A stretch of DNA of 64,000 nucleotides from an uncultured Actinomycetota bacterium (GTDB lineage: Bacteria; Actinomycetota; Actinomycetes; CAVWCF01). The stretch is from the NCBI GenBank assembly GCA_963753435.1, contig CAVWCF010000001.1, positions 800,001 through 864,000 on the forward strand, given 5' to 3'. The position numbers were made by a program, and so were the translations under genes. The notes beneath the pieces were generated by a model that saw only the letters and a program-made list of their open reading frames with translations, did not search any database and was not told the DNA's origin. This document shows, piece by piece, positions 19,438 to 28,817 of this stretch (its first letter is position 1; each line of letters starts with the position of its first letter).

Positions 19438-20088
19438 TCAGCCGAAAAGCAACGACAGACCCGGCACATCCAGATCCCGCAGCGCCACTGACCCCCCGGG
19501 CAAGGCCAGGCGCCGCCAAGCGCCCGCCTGCAGCGCCACCGCATCGCCGTCGGGTCCCAGCAACCCCAAGCGATCCGCAGCGTGCGCGGCCCGCAACGGG
19601 ATCCCGCCGACCACGGGCGTGCGCCACACCTCCCGGGCCCACTGGTCCAGCCGCTCCTGACTGCGTTCGGCCTCGGGAACGGACTCGGCCTTGGCACGGA
19701 ACGAAGTCACTCCGCTGGCTACCGACGCGTGCAGTGACTCGACGGTTACCTGCCCGATCCGCGTCCAGCCGCTTCGCGGTGGCAGCAAGCCCGCCCACCC
19801 CGGTCCGGTCACCGACGCCGGCACGGCGAACTCCTCCCCCAAGGCAGGGCCCATCGCGTCCAACAGACGCTGCCCGGACACGGTCACGTCCAACTCCGCC
19901 GGTTCGGCAAGGGCGACGGGGCGCAGGGCCAGCACATCAAACGGGGGGCCCGACCACACGCCCAGGACGGTGCCGCGGGCCTGCAGTCGGACGGCGGCAC
20001 GCGTGTCCAAACCGAGGACGCGCTGCAGGTACGCGGCCAGGCCTTGGGCCTCAACCGCGCCGGCGGGGCGCAGGACGGTGGTGCTCAC
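19438..20088 (-). CDS. Conserved actinobacterial hypothetical protein (Rv2474c-like)
   Basis: D..AAVRL, DVTVS, WAGLLPPRSGW, WRRL motifs; coupled to the thioesterase gene. Confidence 0.75.
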   Translation of the reverse strand: MSTTVLRPAGAVEAQGLAAYLQRVLGLDTRAAVRLQARGTVLGVWSGPPFDVLALRPVALAEPAELDVTVSGQRLLDAMGPALGEEFAVPASVTGPGWAGLLPPRSGWTRIGQVTVESLHASVASGVTSFRAKAESVPEAERSQERLDQWAREVWRTPVVGGIPLRAAHAADRLGLLGPDGDAVALQAGAWRRLALPGGSVALRDLDVPGLSLLFG

Positions 20089-20495
20089 GCGGCGGGCTCG
20101 TACAAGCGCTTCAAGAACTCCTGCTCGGCCTCGGTCAGTCGCCGGGGGCGCTGCTCCTTGAGGTCGTACGGAACCTGCACCGAAGTCGCCCTGGCATACG
20201 TGGGGCCATCCAAGTCGTGCACCTCGTAGGCGAAGTCGAAGGCGGAGTTTCCGATCCGGGTCACCCAGACGTCGACCAGCACCGGCTCGGGCCGGTAGAC
20301 CAAGGGCGCGGTGTACTTGATGGTCAACTCCGCCAGCACCACGCCTTCGGCCATCGTGGCCGGCCCGGCGTGACCTCCGCTGAACAACAGGTCAACGCGG
20401 GCCTGCTCCAAGTACCGGGCCAGGTGCACGTTGTTGACGTGGCCGAACGCGTCCATGTCACCCCAGCGCATGGGGCAGGGGTAGCGGTGCCGCAC
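20085..20495 (-). CDS. Acyl-CoA thioesterase (4HBT/YbgC hotdog fold)
   Basis: RWGDMDAFGHVNN motif; starts 2 nt after the ettA stop. Confidence 0.92.
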   Translation of the reverse strand: MRHRYPCPMRWGDMDAFGHVNNVHLARYLEQARVDLLFSGGHAGPATMAEGVVLAELTIKYTAPLVYRPEPVLVDVWVTRIGNSAFDFAYEVHDLDGPTYARATSVQVPYDLKEQRPRRLTEAEQEFLKRLYEPAA

Positions 20496-20497
20496 GT

Positions 20498-22168
20498 TCA
20501 GTTCCGCGTGAGCTTGCGGTACGTAGTGCGATGCGGGCGGGCCGCCTCCGGGCCCATGCGCTCGATCTTGTTCGCCTCGTACGACTCGAAGTTGCCTTCG
20601 AACCAGAACCACTGGGAGTCGCCTTCGTAGGCCAAGATGTGGGTGGCGACCCGGTCCAGGAACCAGCGGTCGTGGCTGATGACCACGGCGCAGCCGGGGA
20701 ACTCCAGTAGCGCGTTTTCCAGGCTGGACAAGGTTTCCACGTCGAGGTCGTTCGTCGGCTCGTCGAGGAGCAGCAAGTTGCCGCCCTGCTTCAACGTGAG
20801 CGCCAGGTTCAGCCTGTTGCGCTCACCCCCGGACAGCACGCCGGCCGGCTTCTGCTGGTCCGGGCCCTTGAATCCGAACGCGCCCACGTAGGCGCGGCTG
20901 GGCATCTCCACGTTGCCGACCTTGATCCAGTCCAGGCCGTCGGAGACGACCTCCCACAAGGTCTTGCCCGGCTCGATACCGCCGCGACCCTGGTCCACAT
21001 AGGAGACCTGAACCGTTTCCCCGACCTTGATGGCTCCGGAGTCGGCCTGCTCCTCGCCGATCAGCATCTTGAACAGGGTTGTCTTGCCGACCCCGTTGGG
21101 CCCGATGACCCCGACGATGCCGTTGCGGGGCAGCGAGAAGGAGAGGTTGTCGATCAGCAGCCGGTCGCCGAAACCCTTGGAAAGGTGGTCGGCCTCGACG
21201 ACCACGTTTCCGAGTCGGGGGCCGGGCGGGATCTGAATCTCCTCGAAGTCCAACTTGCGGGTCTTCTCCGCCTCGATCGCCATCTCCTCGTAGCGGGCCA
21301 GGCGGGCCCGGCTCTTGGTCTGGCGGGCCTTGGCGTTGCTGCGCACCCACTCCAACTCGTCGGTCAGGCGCTTGCGCATCTTGGCGTCCTTCTGACCCTC
21401 GACCTTCAAGCGAGACGCCTTGGTCTCCAGGTACGTGGAGTAGTTGCCCTCATACGGGTACGCCCGGCCGCGGTCCAGTTCCAGGATCCACTGGGCGACG
21501 TTGTCGAGGAAGTAGCGGTCGTGGGTAACCGCAACGACGGTGCCCTCGTACTTCTCCAAGTGCTGTTCGAGCCAGAGCACCGACTCGGCGTCGAGGTGGT
21601 TGGTCGGCTCGTCCAGCAGGAGCAGGTCCGGCTTGCTCAGCAGCAGCTTGCACAGCGCGACCCGGCGCCGCTCCCCACCGGACAGCACGGTCACGTCGGC
21701 GTCCGGCGGCGGGCACCGGAGGGCGTCCATGGCCTGGTCCAACTGCGAGTCCAGGTCCCACGCACCGCGGTGGTCCAGCGACTCCTGCAGGGTTCCCATC
21801 TCCGTCATCAGGGCGTCGAAGTCCGCGTCCGGCTCACCCATCGCAGCGGAGACCTCGTTGAACCGGTCCAGCATCGCCTTGGTCTCAGCGACGCCCTCCT
21901 GAACGTTCTCCAGAACCGTCTTGGACTCGTTGAGTTGCGGCTCCTGCTCCAGGATGCCGACCGTGTAGCCGGGGCTGAGCTGGGCGTCACCGTTAGATGG
22001 CGTGTCCAAACCGGCCATGATCCGTAGGACGCTGGACTTGCCGGCGCCGTTTGGGCCGACGACACCGATCTTCGCGCCCGGGTAGAACGCCAGGGTCACG
22101 TCGTCCAAGATCACTTTGTCGCCGTGCGCCTTGCGCGCCTTATGCATGGTGTAGATGAACTCAGCCAT
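20498..22168 (-). CDS. ettA: Energy-dependent translational throttle protein EttA (ABC-F)
   Basis: Two ABC domains (GPNGAGKS, GPNGVGKT, LSGGE), MAEFIYTM start, ELEWVR linker. Confidence 0.97.
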   Translation of the reverse strand: MAEFIYTMHKARKAHGDKVILDDVTLAFYPGAKIGVVGPNGAGKSSVLRIMAGLDTPSNGDAQLSPGYTVGILEQEPQLNESKTVLENVQEGVAETKAMLDRFNEVSAAMGEPDADFDALMTEMGTLQESLDHRGAWDLDSQLDQAMDALRCPPPDADVTVLSGGERRRVALCKLLLSKPDLLLLDEPTNHLDAESVLWLEQHLEKYEGTVVAVTHDRYFLDNVAQWILELDRGRAYPYEGNYSTYLETKASRLKVEGQKDAKMRKRLTDELEWVRSNAKARQTKSRARLARYEEMAIEAEKTRKLDFEEIQIPPGPRLGNVVVEADHLSKGFGDRLLIDNLSFSLPRNGIVGVIGPNGVGKTTLFKMLIGEEQADSGAIKVGETVQVSYVDQGRGGIEPGKTLWEVVSDGLDWIKVGNVEMPSRAYVGAFGFKGPDQQKPAGVLSGGERNRLNLALTLKQGGNLLLLDEPTNDLDVETLSSLENALLEFPGCAVVISHDRWFLDRVATHILAYEGDSQWFWFEGNFESYEANKIERMGPEAARPHRTTYRKLTRN

Positions 22169-22209
22169 GGCCGCAGGGTACGGGCGGACCCGTGGTGTCC
22201 CGTAATCGC

Positions 22210-22641
22210 TCAAGCAGCCTCGCTGGCCGCCGTCGCGGCCGCAGCGATGCTCGGTTCGTCCCCGGCGCCCTCGGGTCGGCCGCGCCGCGCGGTCCGGAAC
22301 ACCGATACACCACGGGCCAGGTCGTGACCGACGGCCAGCGCCTCCACCTCCACATTGATGCCGGTCCGGTCATCCTTGGCCCAGTTCTTGATCCGCAACC
22401 GGCCTTGCACGATCAGCGGGTCGCCCTTGCCCACACAGGACGCAACGTGATCGGCCAGTGTGCGCCAACAGACCACCGTCACGAAGTTGGTCTCCGCGTC
22501 GCTCCACCGCCCGGACTCCCGATCGAACCGGCGCCTGGACGAGGCCAACCGGAACGAGGTGACCGGAACTCCGGTGCCAGTGCTGGCGACGCGCAGCTCG
22601 CTGGCAACGTTTCCCACCAGCGTCACCATCGTGTCGTTCAT
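22210..22641 (-). CDS. ssb: Single-stranded DNA-binding protein paralogue (SsbB-type)
   Basis: OB fold VTLVGN, FRLASS.RRFD, VVCWRTLADHV, KGDPLIVQGRL, AVGHDL; no acidic DDxPF tip; AAGGAGG RBS. Confidence 0.9.
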   Translation of the reverse strand: MNDTMVTLVGNVASELRVASTGTGVPVTSFRLASSRRRFDRESGRWSDAETNFVTVVCWRTLADHVASCVGKGDPLIVQGRLRIKNWAKDDRTGINVEVEALAVGHDLARGVSVFRTARRGRPEGAGDEPSIAAAATAASEAA

Positions 22642-22803
22642 GACTTCCTCCTTTGTCGACTGCCCGAACGCTCGTGCGTGCCAGGCGCAGTCGCGGCAGC
22701 ACGGGTCCGGCTGTGGAAAAGCGCCGGCCGTGACACCTGGGGACGGGGGGATGCAAACAACCTCCGCACGACACCGGGACACCGCCCGCGAGACACTGTT
22801 CTC

Positions 22804-24111
22804 ATGCGAACTTCGGCGCTGCGGGCCGCCCGATTGCTGGCCATTCCGGCCTCGGCGGTGGGTCTGGAGGCGGTCGGACTGCTGCGGCGGCTGGGCGGTG
22901 CTCCCGCGGCCGATGTTCGCCAGCAGTTGCGGACTGCCCACGCGCAGCGAACCCGCCGCTCGCTAGGCCAACTCAAGGGCGGCGCGCTGAAGGCCGGGCA
23001 ACTGTTGTCCACCGTCGAGGCCCTGTTCCCGGAAGACCCGGAGTCGACCTGGCGGCACGAACTCGTCGCGCTGCAGGAGAACAACCCACCGGTGGCCTTC
23101 GCAGACATCCAGAAGGTCCTTCGTGACGAATTGGGCCGCGATTGGCGGGCCGAGTTCGAATCCTTCGCCGAGGAGCCGGTGGCCGCTGCCTCGCTCGGGC
23201 AGGTCCACCGGGCCCGCATGCACGGCCGGGAAGTGGCGGTCAAGGTGCAGTACCCGGGCATCGCCGACGCGGTGGCAGCAGACGTTCGGATGCTGGCCGT
23301 CGCGTTGCGCCTGGCCGGCCTGGTCGCCCCTGGACTGGCGATGCCCCCGCTGGTGGCGGAACTGCGAACCCGCCTGGCGGAGGAACTGGACTACCGGCAC
23401 GAAGGCAGCACCCAGCAGCGTTTCGCCGACGCGTACGCAGGCGACACAGGGGTTGCCGTGCCGCAGGTGCGCCTGGCGCTGGACCGGGTTCTGGTCACCG
23501 ACTGGCTCGACGGCGAGCCCTTGGTGCGGGTTACTCCCGGTTCCCCGGCCGCCGACGCCGCCGGCATCGCCTATCAACGGTTCTTCCTGGAGTCCCCGGC
23601 GCGCGTCGGGCTGCTGCACACCGATCCGCACCCGGGCAACTTCCGCTGGACCGCCGACCGACGGCTGGGCGTGTTCGACTTCGGCTCCGCCTTGTCGATG
23701 CCCGGGGGTCTCCCGGACACGTTCGGTCGGCTGATCCGCGTGCTGCAAGGCGCAGACGGCGATGCCGTGCTCGATGGTCTGCACGCAGGGGGGTTCCTGA
23801 GGCCCGGACGCACCGTCGAGGTGGACAAGCTCATCGACTACCTGTCCCCTTTCACCGAGCCGTCACGCCACGAGACGTTCACCTACAGCCGCCAGTGGCT
23901 GCGGTCGCAGTTCGCCCGGGTCAACGACCCACGGAACCCCGAGTTCGCTGTCGCGCTGCAACTGAACTTGCCCGCCGAGCACCTGTTCACCCATCGGGTC
24001 TGGTTGGGCATCGTCGGCGTGCTGTGCCAACTGAACGCGACCGTCCCGGTGGCCGCGGAACTGCGCGAATGGTTGCCCGGTTTCGCCGACGAGGCTGCGA
24101 CAAAGGATTGA
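22804..24111 (+). CDS. ABC1/AarF/UbiB family atypical kinase
   Basis: LKGGALKAGQ (KxGQ), AAASLGQVH, VAVKVQYPG, HTDPHPGN, DFG. Confidence 0.93.
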   Translation: MRTSALRAARLLAIPASAVGLEAVGLLRRLGGAPAADVRQQLRTAHAQRTRRSLGQLKGGALKAGQLLSTVEALFPEDPESTWRHELVALQENNPPVAFADIQKVLRDELGRDWRAEFESFAEEPVAAASLGQVHRARMHGREVAVKVQYPGIADAVAADVRMLAVALRLAGLVAPGLAMPPLVAELRTRLAEELDYRHEGSTQQRFADAYAGDTGVAVPQVRLALDRVLVTDWLDGEPLVRVTPGSPAADAAGIAYQRFFLESPARVGLLHTDPHPGNFRWTADRRLGVFDFGSALSMPGGLPDTFGRLIRVLQGADGDAVLDGLHAGGFLRPGRTVEVDKLIDYLSPFTEPSRHETFTYSRQWLRSQFARVNDPRNPEFAVALQLNLPAEHLFTHRVWLGIVGVLCQLNATVPVAAELREWLPGFADEAATKD

Positions 24112-24177
24112 CCTAACCACGGCACGACTTGGACCCGCACAAGGCAGGCTTACGACTGTGGGATTGGAGGTGTTCGC

Positions 24178-24621
24178 ATGCTGAGTCCGGAGATGACCGC
24201 CTTCATGGAGGGCGTGCGCCGACGCCGCTCGGAACTGCGCCAGGCGATGGGGGACCTGGAGCGGGCACTGGCGCGGCCGGCGAATCCGGAGTGGATCGGC
24301 CGCGTCCGGCAGGCGCTGGACCGGATGCACAGTGACCTGCGCGCGCACGTGGTCGCCAGCGAAGGCGCGGACGGCCTGTACGCGCAGATCCTCGCCGACG
24401 CTCCACATCTTTCGGCCCGCGTCGAACAACTGGTCCGAGAGCACGAGGTGTTGGCAACCGCGGTTGCCGCGATGGTCACCGCCGCAGAATCCGACTCCCC
24501 CGACGTGTCCGCGCTGCGCGAGAGCGGCACGGACTTCCTGGTGCGGCTGTCGCGACACCGGCAGGCGGGCTCGGACCTGATGTTCGACGCCTACGACCTG
24601 GATGTGGGCGGCGAGACCTGA
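24178..24621 (+). CDS. Hemerythrin-like helical protein
   Basis: H..xEG..GLY, L..EH, H..(G).DL..AY pattern; GGAGG RBS. Confidence 0.6.
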   Translation: MLSPEMTAFMEGVRRRRSELRQAMGDLERALARPANPEWIGRVRQALDRMHSDLRAHVVASEGADGLYAQILADAPHLSARVEQLVREHEVLATAVAAMVTAAESDSPDVSALRESGTDFLVRLSRHRQAGSDLMFDAYDLDVGGET

Positions 24622-24678
24622 GGCGGCAACGACCGAGGCGGTCGCGCCTTTGCAGGCAGCGGCGCCTGTCCGCTTGGG

Positions 24679-24933
24679 CTAGTTGTCCAGGATCGATGGA
24701 TCGGTCAGGTGCGGTTCGATGGCCTTGAGGCCCTGGCCCACGAACGGTGCCGGTGACGTCGCCTTGATGACCTTGACCACGTGCTCTTCGCGCACCTCGC
24801 CACCTTCGCCGACCTCCTTGGTCAGCCCCTTGGTGAAACTCTTCTTGGTCACGCTCCGGAATGGCATCGGTGCGGACTTGATGGCTGCTTCGAATACTGC
24901 CTGGGAGTTCTCGGTCCAGTTGAACTCAGCCAT
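24679..24933 (-). CDS. Small helical protein, DUF2621 / PCP_red-like
   Basis: W-T-E-N-S...F....P.PFR......GEV.EE.V....ATSP pattern; GGAGG RBS before ATG at 24933. Confidence 0.55.
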   Translation of the reverse strand: MAEFNWTENSQAVFEAAIKSAPMPFRSVTKKSFTKGLTKEVGEGGEVREEHVVKVIKATSPAPFVGQGLKAIEPHLTDPSILDN

Positions 24934-24966
24934 TCTTTCGACCTCCAATGTCACCGGCTGTCACGA

Positions 24967-25194
24967 TCATTCGTCGGTATCGACTCGGGTACGGGCGTGC
25001 TCTTCCAGCCGCAAGCCGATGGTTTCGTCCTTGGCGATGGCGAAGTTCGGGCAGGCCCGGATGCACTTGCCGCAGTCATCGCATCGATCAGTGATCTGGT
25101 AGTAGTCCTTGAACTCCACCACGGCGTCCATGGGGCAGATGTCCCAGCAGGTACCGCAGATCAGGCACTGCTCCATGATGTAGGGATGAGCCAT
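24967..25194 (-). CDS. 2x[4Fe-4S] dicluster ferredoxin
   Basis: CLICGTCWDICP and CDDCGKCIRACP; TGATG overlap with the upstream gene. Confidence 0.92.
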   Translation of the reverse strand: MAHPYIMEQCLICGTCWDICPMDAVVEFKDYYQITDRCDDCGKCIRACPNFAIAKDETIGLRLEEHARTRVDTDE

Positions 25195-25922
25195 CAGTAA
25201 CCCTCCCCCGTGGACACGTTCTTCAGGTTCTCGATGATCAGCGGCAGTAGCTCCCAGTGGATCACGCAGAACATCTCCGAATCGTCGAGCTGCATGAAGG
25301 TCCGGGCGGGCGGATCGCCGAAGTCGAAGGTGATGGTCTTGTCGTTGAACACCTGCGGGAAGGACATGCCACACCAGTTGGTGCCACCGAGGGCATGGAC
25401 CAGTTCCCCGGTCTTCCACGTGTAGGCCTTGCACAGCCGCATGACCCGTTGCGGGTCGGTGATGATCATCACTGCTTCGGGGTCGGGCATTTCCTCCAGC
25501 TTGCCCATGAGCAAGTACTTGTGCTTCTCCTCGTAGTGCGGCAGTTGCTGGTTGACCCGACGCATGACCGCCTTGCTCGAGTAGGCCCGGTTCTCCCCGA
25601 CGATCATCTCCAACCCTTGGTCGAAGTCGGACTTGCTGAGTCGCCGGTTGCCGACACCGCAGTAGACCGCGCCCCCACACACGACGTTGTTCCTCGTGAT
25701 GCAGGTCAGCCCATCGCGGTCCAGCGACGCGGTCGCTTCGTAACAGGGGAAGGTCATGCCCTCGAAGGCCTGGACGCCTTCGGGTCGGGTGTTGGTCCGC
25801 CTGATGCCGAGGATCTTCCGCTTGTACCCCTCGGACTCCTGCAGGAACTTGGCGTACTCAGCGCTCTTGCTCAGGGTCGCCGTGCTCTCTGCCGCCTGTT
25901 GCGCTGCCTCCTGTTGAGCCAT
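25194..25922 (-). CDS. DUF169 (COG2043) family protein
   Basis: Spaced Cys (FPC, VCGGA..CG, NWC), PEAVMIITDPQRVMRL..AY...G, FG(D)..AR....LDDSEM motifs. Confidence 0.75.
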   Translation of the reverse strand: MAQQEAAQQAAESTATLSKSAEYAKFLQESEGYKRKILGIRRTNTRPEGVQAFEGMTFPCYEATASLDRDGLTCITRNNVVCGGAVYCGVGNRRLSKSDFDQGLEMIVGENRAYSSKAVMRRVNQQLPHYEEKHKYLLMGKLEEMPDPEAVMIITDPQRVMRLCKAYTWKTGELVHALGGTNWCGMSFPQVFNDKTITFDFGDPPARTFMQLDDSEMFCVIHWELLPLIIENLKNVSTGEGY

Positions 25923-26019
25923 GGGGTCAGCGTGGCAAGCCGCGCCTAGTGCGGTTAGGGCCTATCGGCCCGGCCATCCGCCCTTGATTGGACCACGCGC
26001 GGCTCGAGTCGCCACCCGG

Positions 26020-27657
26020 TCATCCGGATGCGAGGTCGCGCCGTTGCCATCCCGCCAGGCCGACCGACCCCAGCGTTACCGCCACCAGCGTCAAGGCGAC
26101 GAGGGGCACTGCGATCCCGGTCGGGAAGGGGGCGGGCAGCGTCGGCGAGTGAACGAAGGGGGACAAGTTCATGAGCCATTGCGGTACTTGCCACAACGGA
26201 CCGAACTCCCCCAGCACGATGGCGGCGGCGTACAAGCCCCAGACCACACCCAGCAGCCGCGGCAGCCAGCCGAAGGCGGCCAGGACGAGCGCGATGAACA
26301 GCCACACGGCCGGCAGGTGCGCCAAGCTCGCTCCGACGACAGGCGCGACCTCACCCGCATCGCCGACGGCCAGTGCGTTGCCGACCCCGATCGCAACACC
26401 GGAGACCAGGCTCAAGATCGTGACCGCCACTGCGGTCGAGACCGCATGGCTGAGCGCCCAGGGCGTGCGGGAGACCCCGGCGGATAGAACCAACTCGGCG
26501 CGGCCGGCGGACTCCTCCGAGTGCAGATGCCCGGCAGCCGCGATCCCGTACGCGGCCAGGATCACGCCCATAAGACCGATCTCGGCCGCTAGGAACGCAT
26601 CCACCAACGCCTGCTCGCCGCCGAGGGACTGGATGATTTCCTGAATGTTCGGCGACGTCAGGAAGCCGCTCACGTTGCTCGCGATCGAACCGAGCAGGAG
26701 CCCGAAGAGCGCGAAGGCCGCCGCCCATGCGAGGAACAGCCCGCGCTGCATCCGCACCGCCAGACTCCATGGACTCGACAGAGCTCCGTGCGCCGGGCCG
26801 GGACGATCGGGGATCAGGCCGCTCCCGAGATCCCTGCGTGCGCGAAGCCCGAACGCGAGCGGGACCAGGATCAGGATCAGCAGCAACGGGAACAGGACCA
26901 CCCACCACCGGTCCCCCGCGAACGCTCGGATCTGTTGGTTCCAGCCGATCGGGGACAACCAGGACAGCACCGAGGGCGGTGACGACAGGTCGCCGACGGC
27001 ACGCAGCACGTAGGTGATGGCGAGAACGACCAGCGAGACGCCTACCGCCGATCGAGCGCTGGAAGCTACCTGCGCAGCGATCGCAGCGACGGCGGCAAAG
27101 GCCAGACCGGTTGCGGCCCAGCCGACGCCGAACGCCAACGAACCCACCAACGGCAAACCCGCCAGCGCCAGACTGGACGCCGTCAAGATCCCCAGAATCG
27201 CGCTGGCCGCAGCCCCGACGATCAGCGCCGCGGCCAGCGGTGCCGCCCGCCCGAGAACGCCCGCGCCGAGCAACTCCAAGCGCCCCGCCTCTTCCTCGCC
27301 GCGCGTGTGGCGGACGGTGATGACGATCATCAGGACCGCCACGAGAGCCGTGCCGAAGGCGCTGAGCTTCAGCAAGGACACTGCCCCCAGCGATGCCGGG
27401 TCGTACACCCGACCGTAGAGCGCGATCAGCGAGGCACTTGAGTTCACAACCTCGGCCGCGGCGATGCGATCTTCTTCGCGCGGGTAGAGGTCGCTGGTCG
27501 CGGCAGCAGAGAACCCGGTCAACATCGCGAACGCAACAGACCAGCCGGGGATGAGCCAGCGGTCCCGGCGCAGCGCCAGCCGGACCATCGTTGCGGTACC
27601 GGCCCAACGCCCAACGGTCACGGTCCTGGCGGGCGCCGGGCTGACAAGCGTGCTCAC
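26020..27657 (-). CDS. ABC-2 type exporter permease (TnrB3/tetronasin-resistance-like, duplicated ~12 TM)
   Basis: RHTRGEEEAGRLELL, WLSPIGW, RRDLG, EESAGRAELV, LSPFVH. Confidence 0.88.
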   Translation of the reverse strand: MSTLVSPAPARTVTVGRWAGTATMVRLALRRDRWLIPGWSVAFAMLTGFSAAATSDLYPREEDRIAAAEVVNSSASLIALYGRVYDPASLGAVSLLKLSAFGTALVAVLMIVITVRHTRGEEEAGRLELLGAGVLGRAAPLAAALIVGAAASAILGILTASSLALAGLPLVGSLAFGVGWAATGLAFAAVAAIAAQVASSARSAVGVSLVVLAITYVLRAVGDLSSPPSVLSWLSPIGWNQQIRAFAGDRWWVVLFPLLLILILVPLAFGLRARRDLGSGLIPDRPGPAHGALSSPWSLAVRMQRGLFLAWAAAFALFGLLLGSIASNVSGFLTSPNIQEIIQSLGGEQALVDAFLAAEIGLMGVILAAYGIAAAGHLHSEESAGRAELVLSAGVSRTPWALSHAVSTAVAVTILSLVSGVAIGVGNALAVGDAGEVAPVVGASLAHLPAVWLFIALVLAAFGWLPRLLGVVWGLYAAAIVLGEFGPLWQVPQWLMNLSPFVHSPTLPAPFPTGIAVPLVALTLVAVTLGSVGLAGWQRRDLASG

Positions 27658-28580
27658 GGCCGGCCTTCCGACTCCTGAACCCCGGCCGGTGTGCCGTAGT
27701 GGCGCAAGAACAATTCCTCCAGCGTGGGCGGCTGGCTCGACAGGCTCTGCACGCCCGCTAGCGACAAGGCCGCGAGCAGCGGCTGCATGCCGTGCGTTTC
27801 GACTTCGGCGCTGATTCGGTGGTCCTTCACGAGGAGGCCGTGCACCCCCGGCAGCTGATCCAGTCCGGGCGGCACCGTGGTCACGTCGGCGGTGACGAAG
27901 GTTCGGGTTAGGTGGCGCAACTGCTGCAGCGGTCCGGTCTCGACGACCACCCCGTCACGGATGATGCTCACCCGATCGGACAACGCCTCAGCCTCGGACA
28001 GGATGTGGCTGCTCAACAGGATCGTGCGACCGTCGTCCCGCATTCGGCGGACGATGTCGCGGAACATCGCTTCCTTCAGCGGGTCCAGTCCCGCCGTCGG
28101 CTCGTCCAACAGGTACAACTCGGCGTCCGCCGCCAGGGCGGCGATGAGCGCCACCTTCTGGCGATTGCCCCGCGAATAGGCACGCGTGCGTTTCGTAGGG
28201 TCGAGGTCGAACAGCTGCAGCAGTTCGTCCCTACGCTCCCGGTTCTGGCTGCCTTGCAGCCGGGCCATTAGGTCGATGACTTCCCCACCGGTGAGGTTGG
28301 GCCACAGCGCGACGTCGCCCGGCACATAGGCCATCCGGCCATGCAGGGCGGACGCGTCCCGCCAGGCATCCCCACCGAGTACGCGGACCTCGCCGGAATC
28401 TGCCCGCAGTAGCCCCAACAGGATGCGCAGCGTGGTGGTCTTGCCGGCGCCGTTGGGGCCCAGGAAGCCATGGACCTCACCCGGAGCCACCTCCAGGTCC
28501 AGCCCGGCAAGGGCCTGCGTGGAGCCGAATGCCTTCGTGACCCCGCGGAGTCGGACGACCGGTTCCCGGCTGTCGCTCAT
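27654..28580 (-). CDS. ABC exporter ATP-binding protein (TnrB2-like)
   Basis: GPNGAGKT, YSRGNRQK signature, LLDEPT, SSH, PPTLEELFL. Confidence 0.93.
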   Translation of the reverse strand: MSDSREPVVRLRGVTKAFGSTQALAGLDLEVAPGEVHGFLGPNGAGKTTTLRILLGLLRADSGEVRVLGGDAWRDASALHGRMAYVPGDVALWPNLTGGEVIDLMARLQGSQNRERRDELLQLFDLDPTKRTRAYSRGNRQKVALIAALAADAELYLLDEPTAGLDPLKEAMFRDIVRRMRDDGRTILLSSHILSEAEALSDRVSIIRDGVVVETGPLQQLRHLTRTFVTADVTTVPPGLDQLPGVHGLLVKDHRISAEVETHGMQPLLAALSLAGVQSLSSQPPTLEELFLRHYGTPAGVQESEGRP

Positions 28581-28662
28581 ACGTCCACGCTAATCCGTAA
28601 GCGTTGGCCAACGACCGGCCAAAGGACCCACGCAACCAACGCTGCCGCCGTTGCCGGAACGA

Positions 28663-28740
28663 TGGTGGGGCGGGTGGGACTTGAACCCACGACCTGTCGG
28701 ATTATGAGTCCGCCGCTCTGACCAACTGAGCTACCGCCCC
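28663..28740 (-). tRNA. tRNA with CAT anticodon, most likely tRNA-Ile2 (lysidine)
   Basis: GGGGCGG acceptor stem, loop CTCATAA, TTCAAGT T-loop, A discriminator plus CCA; no initiator features; located with tRNA-Asn after dnaG. Confidence 0.88.
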
Positions 28741-28817
28741 CGACTGCTGCCACTCGGTGAGGACAAGCGGCAGCGGGATGCGCCGAAGTCTAGGTCCAGC
28801 GCTACGGCGCACGGCCG

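Noticed and set aside
22192-22803. N-terminal extension of the ABC1 kinase ORF
   Set aside because: Antisense to ssbB; the likely start is ATG 22804, preceded by a -10-like GACACT.
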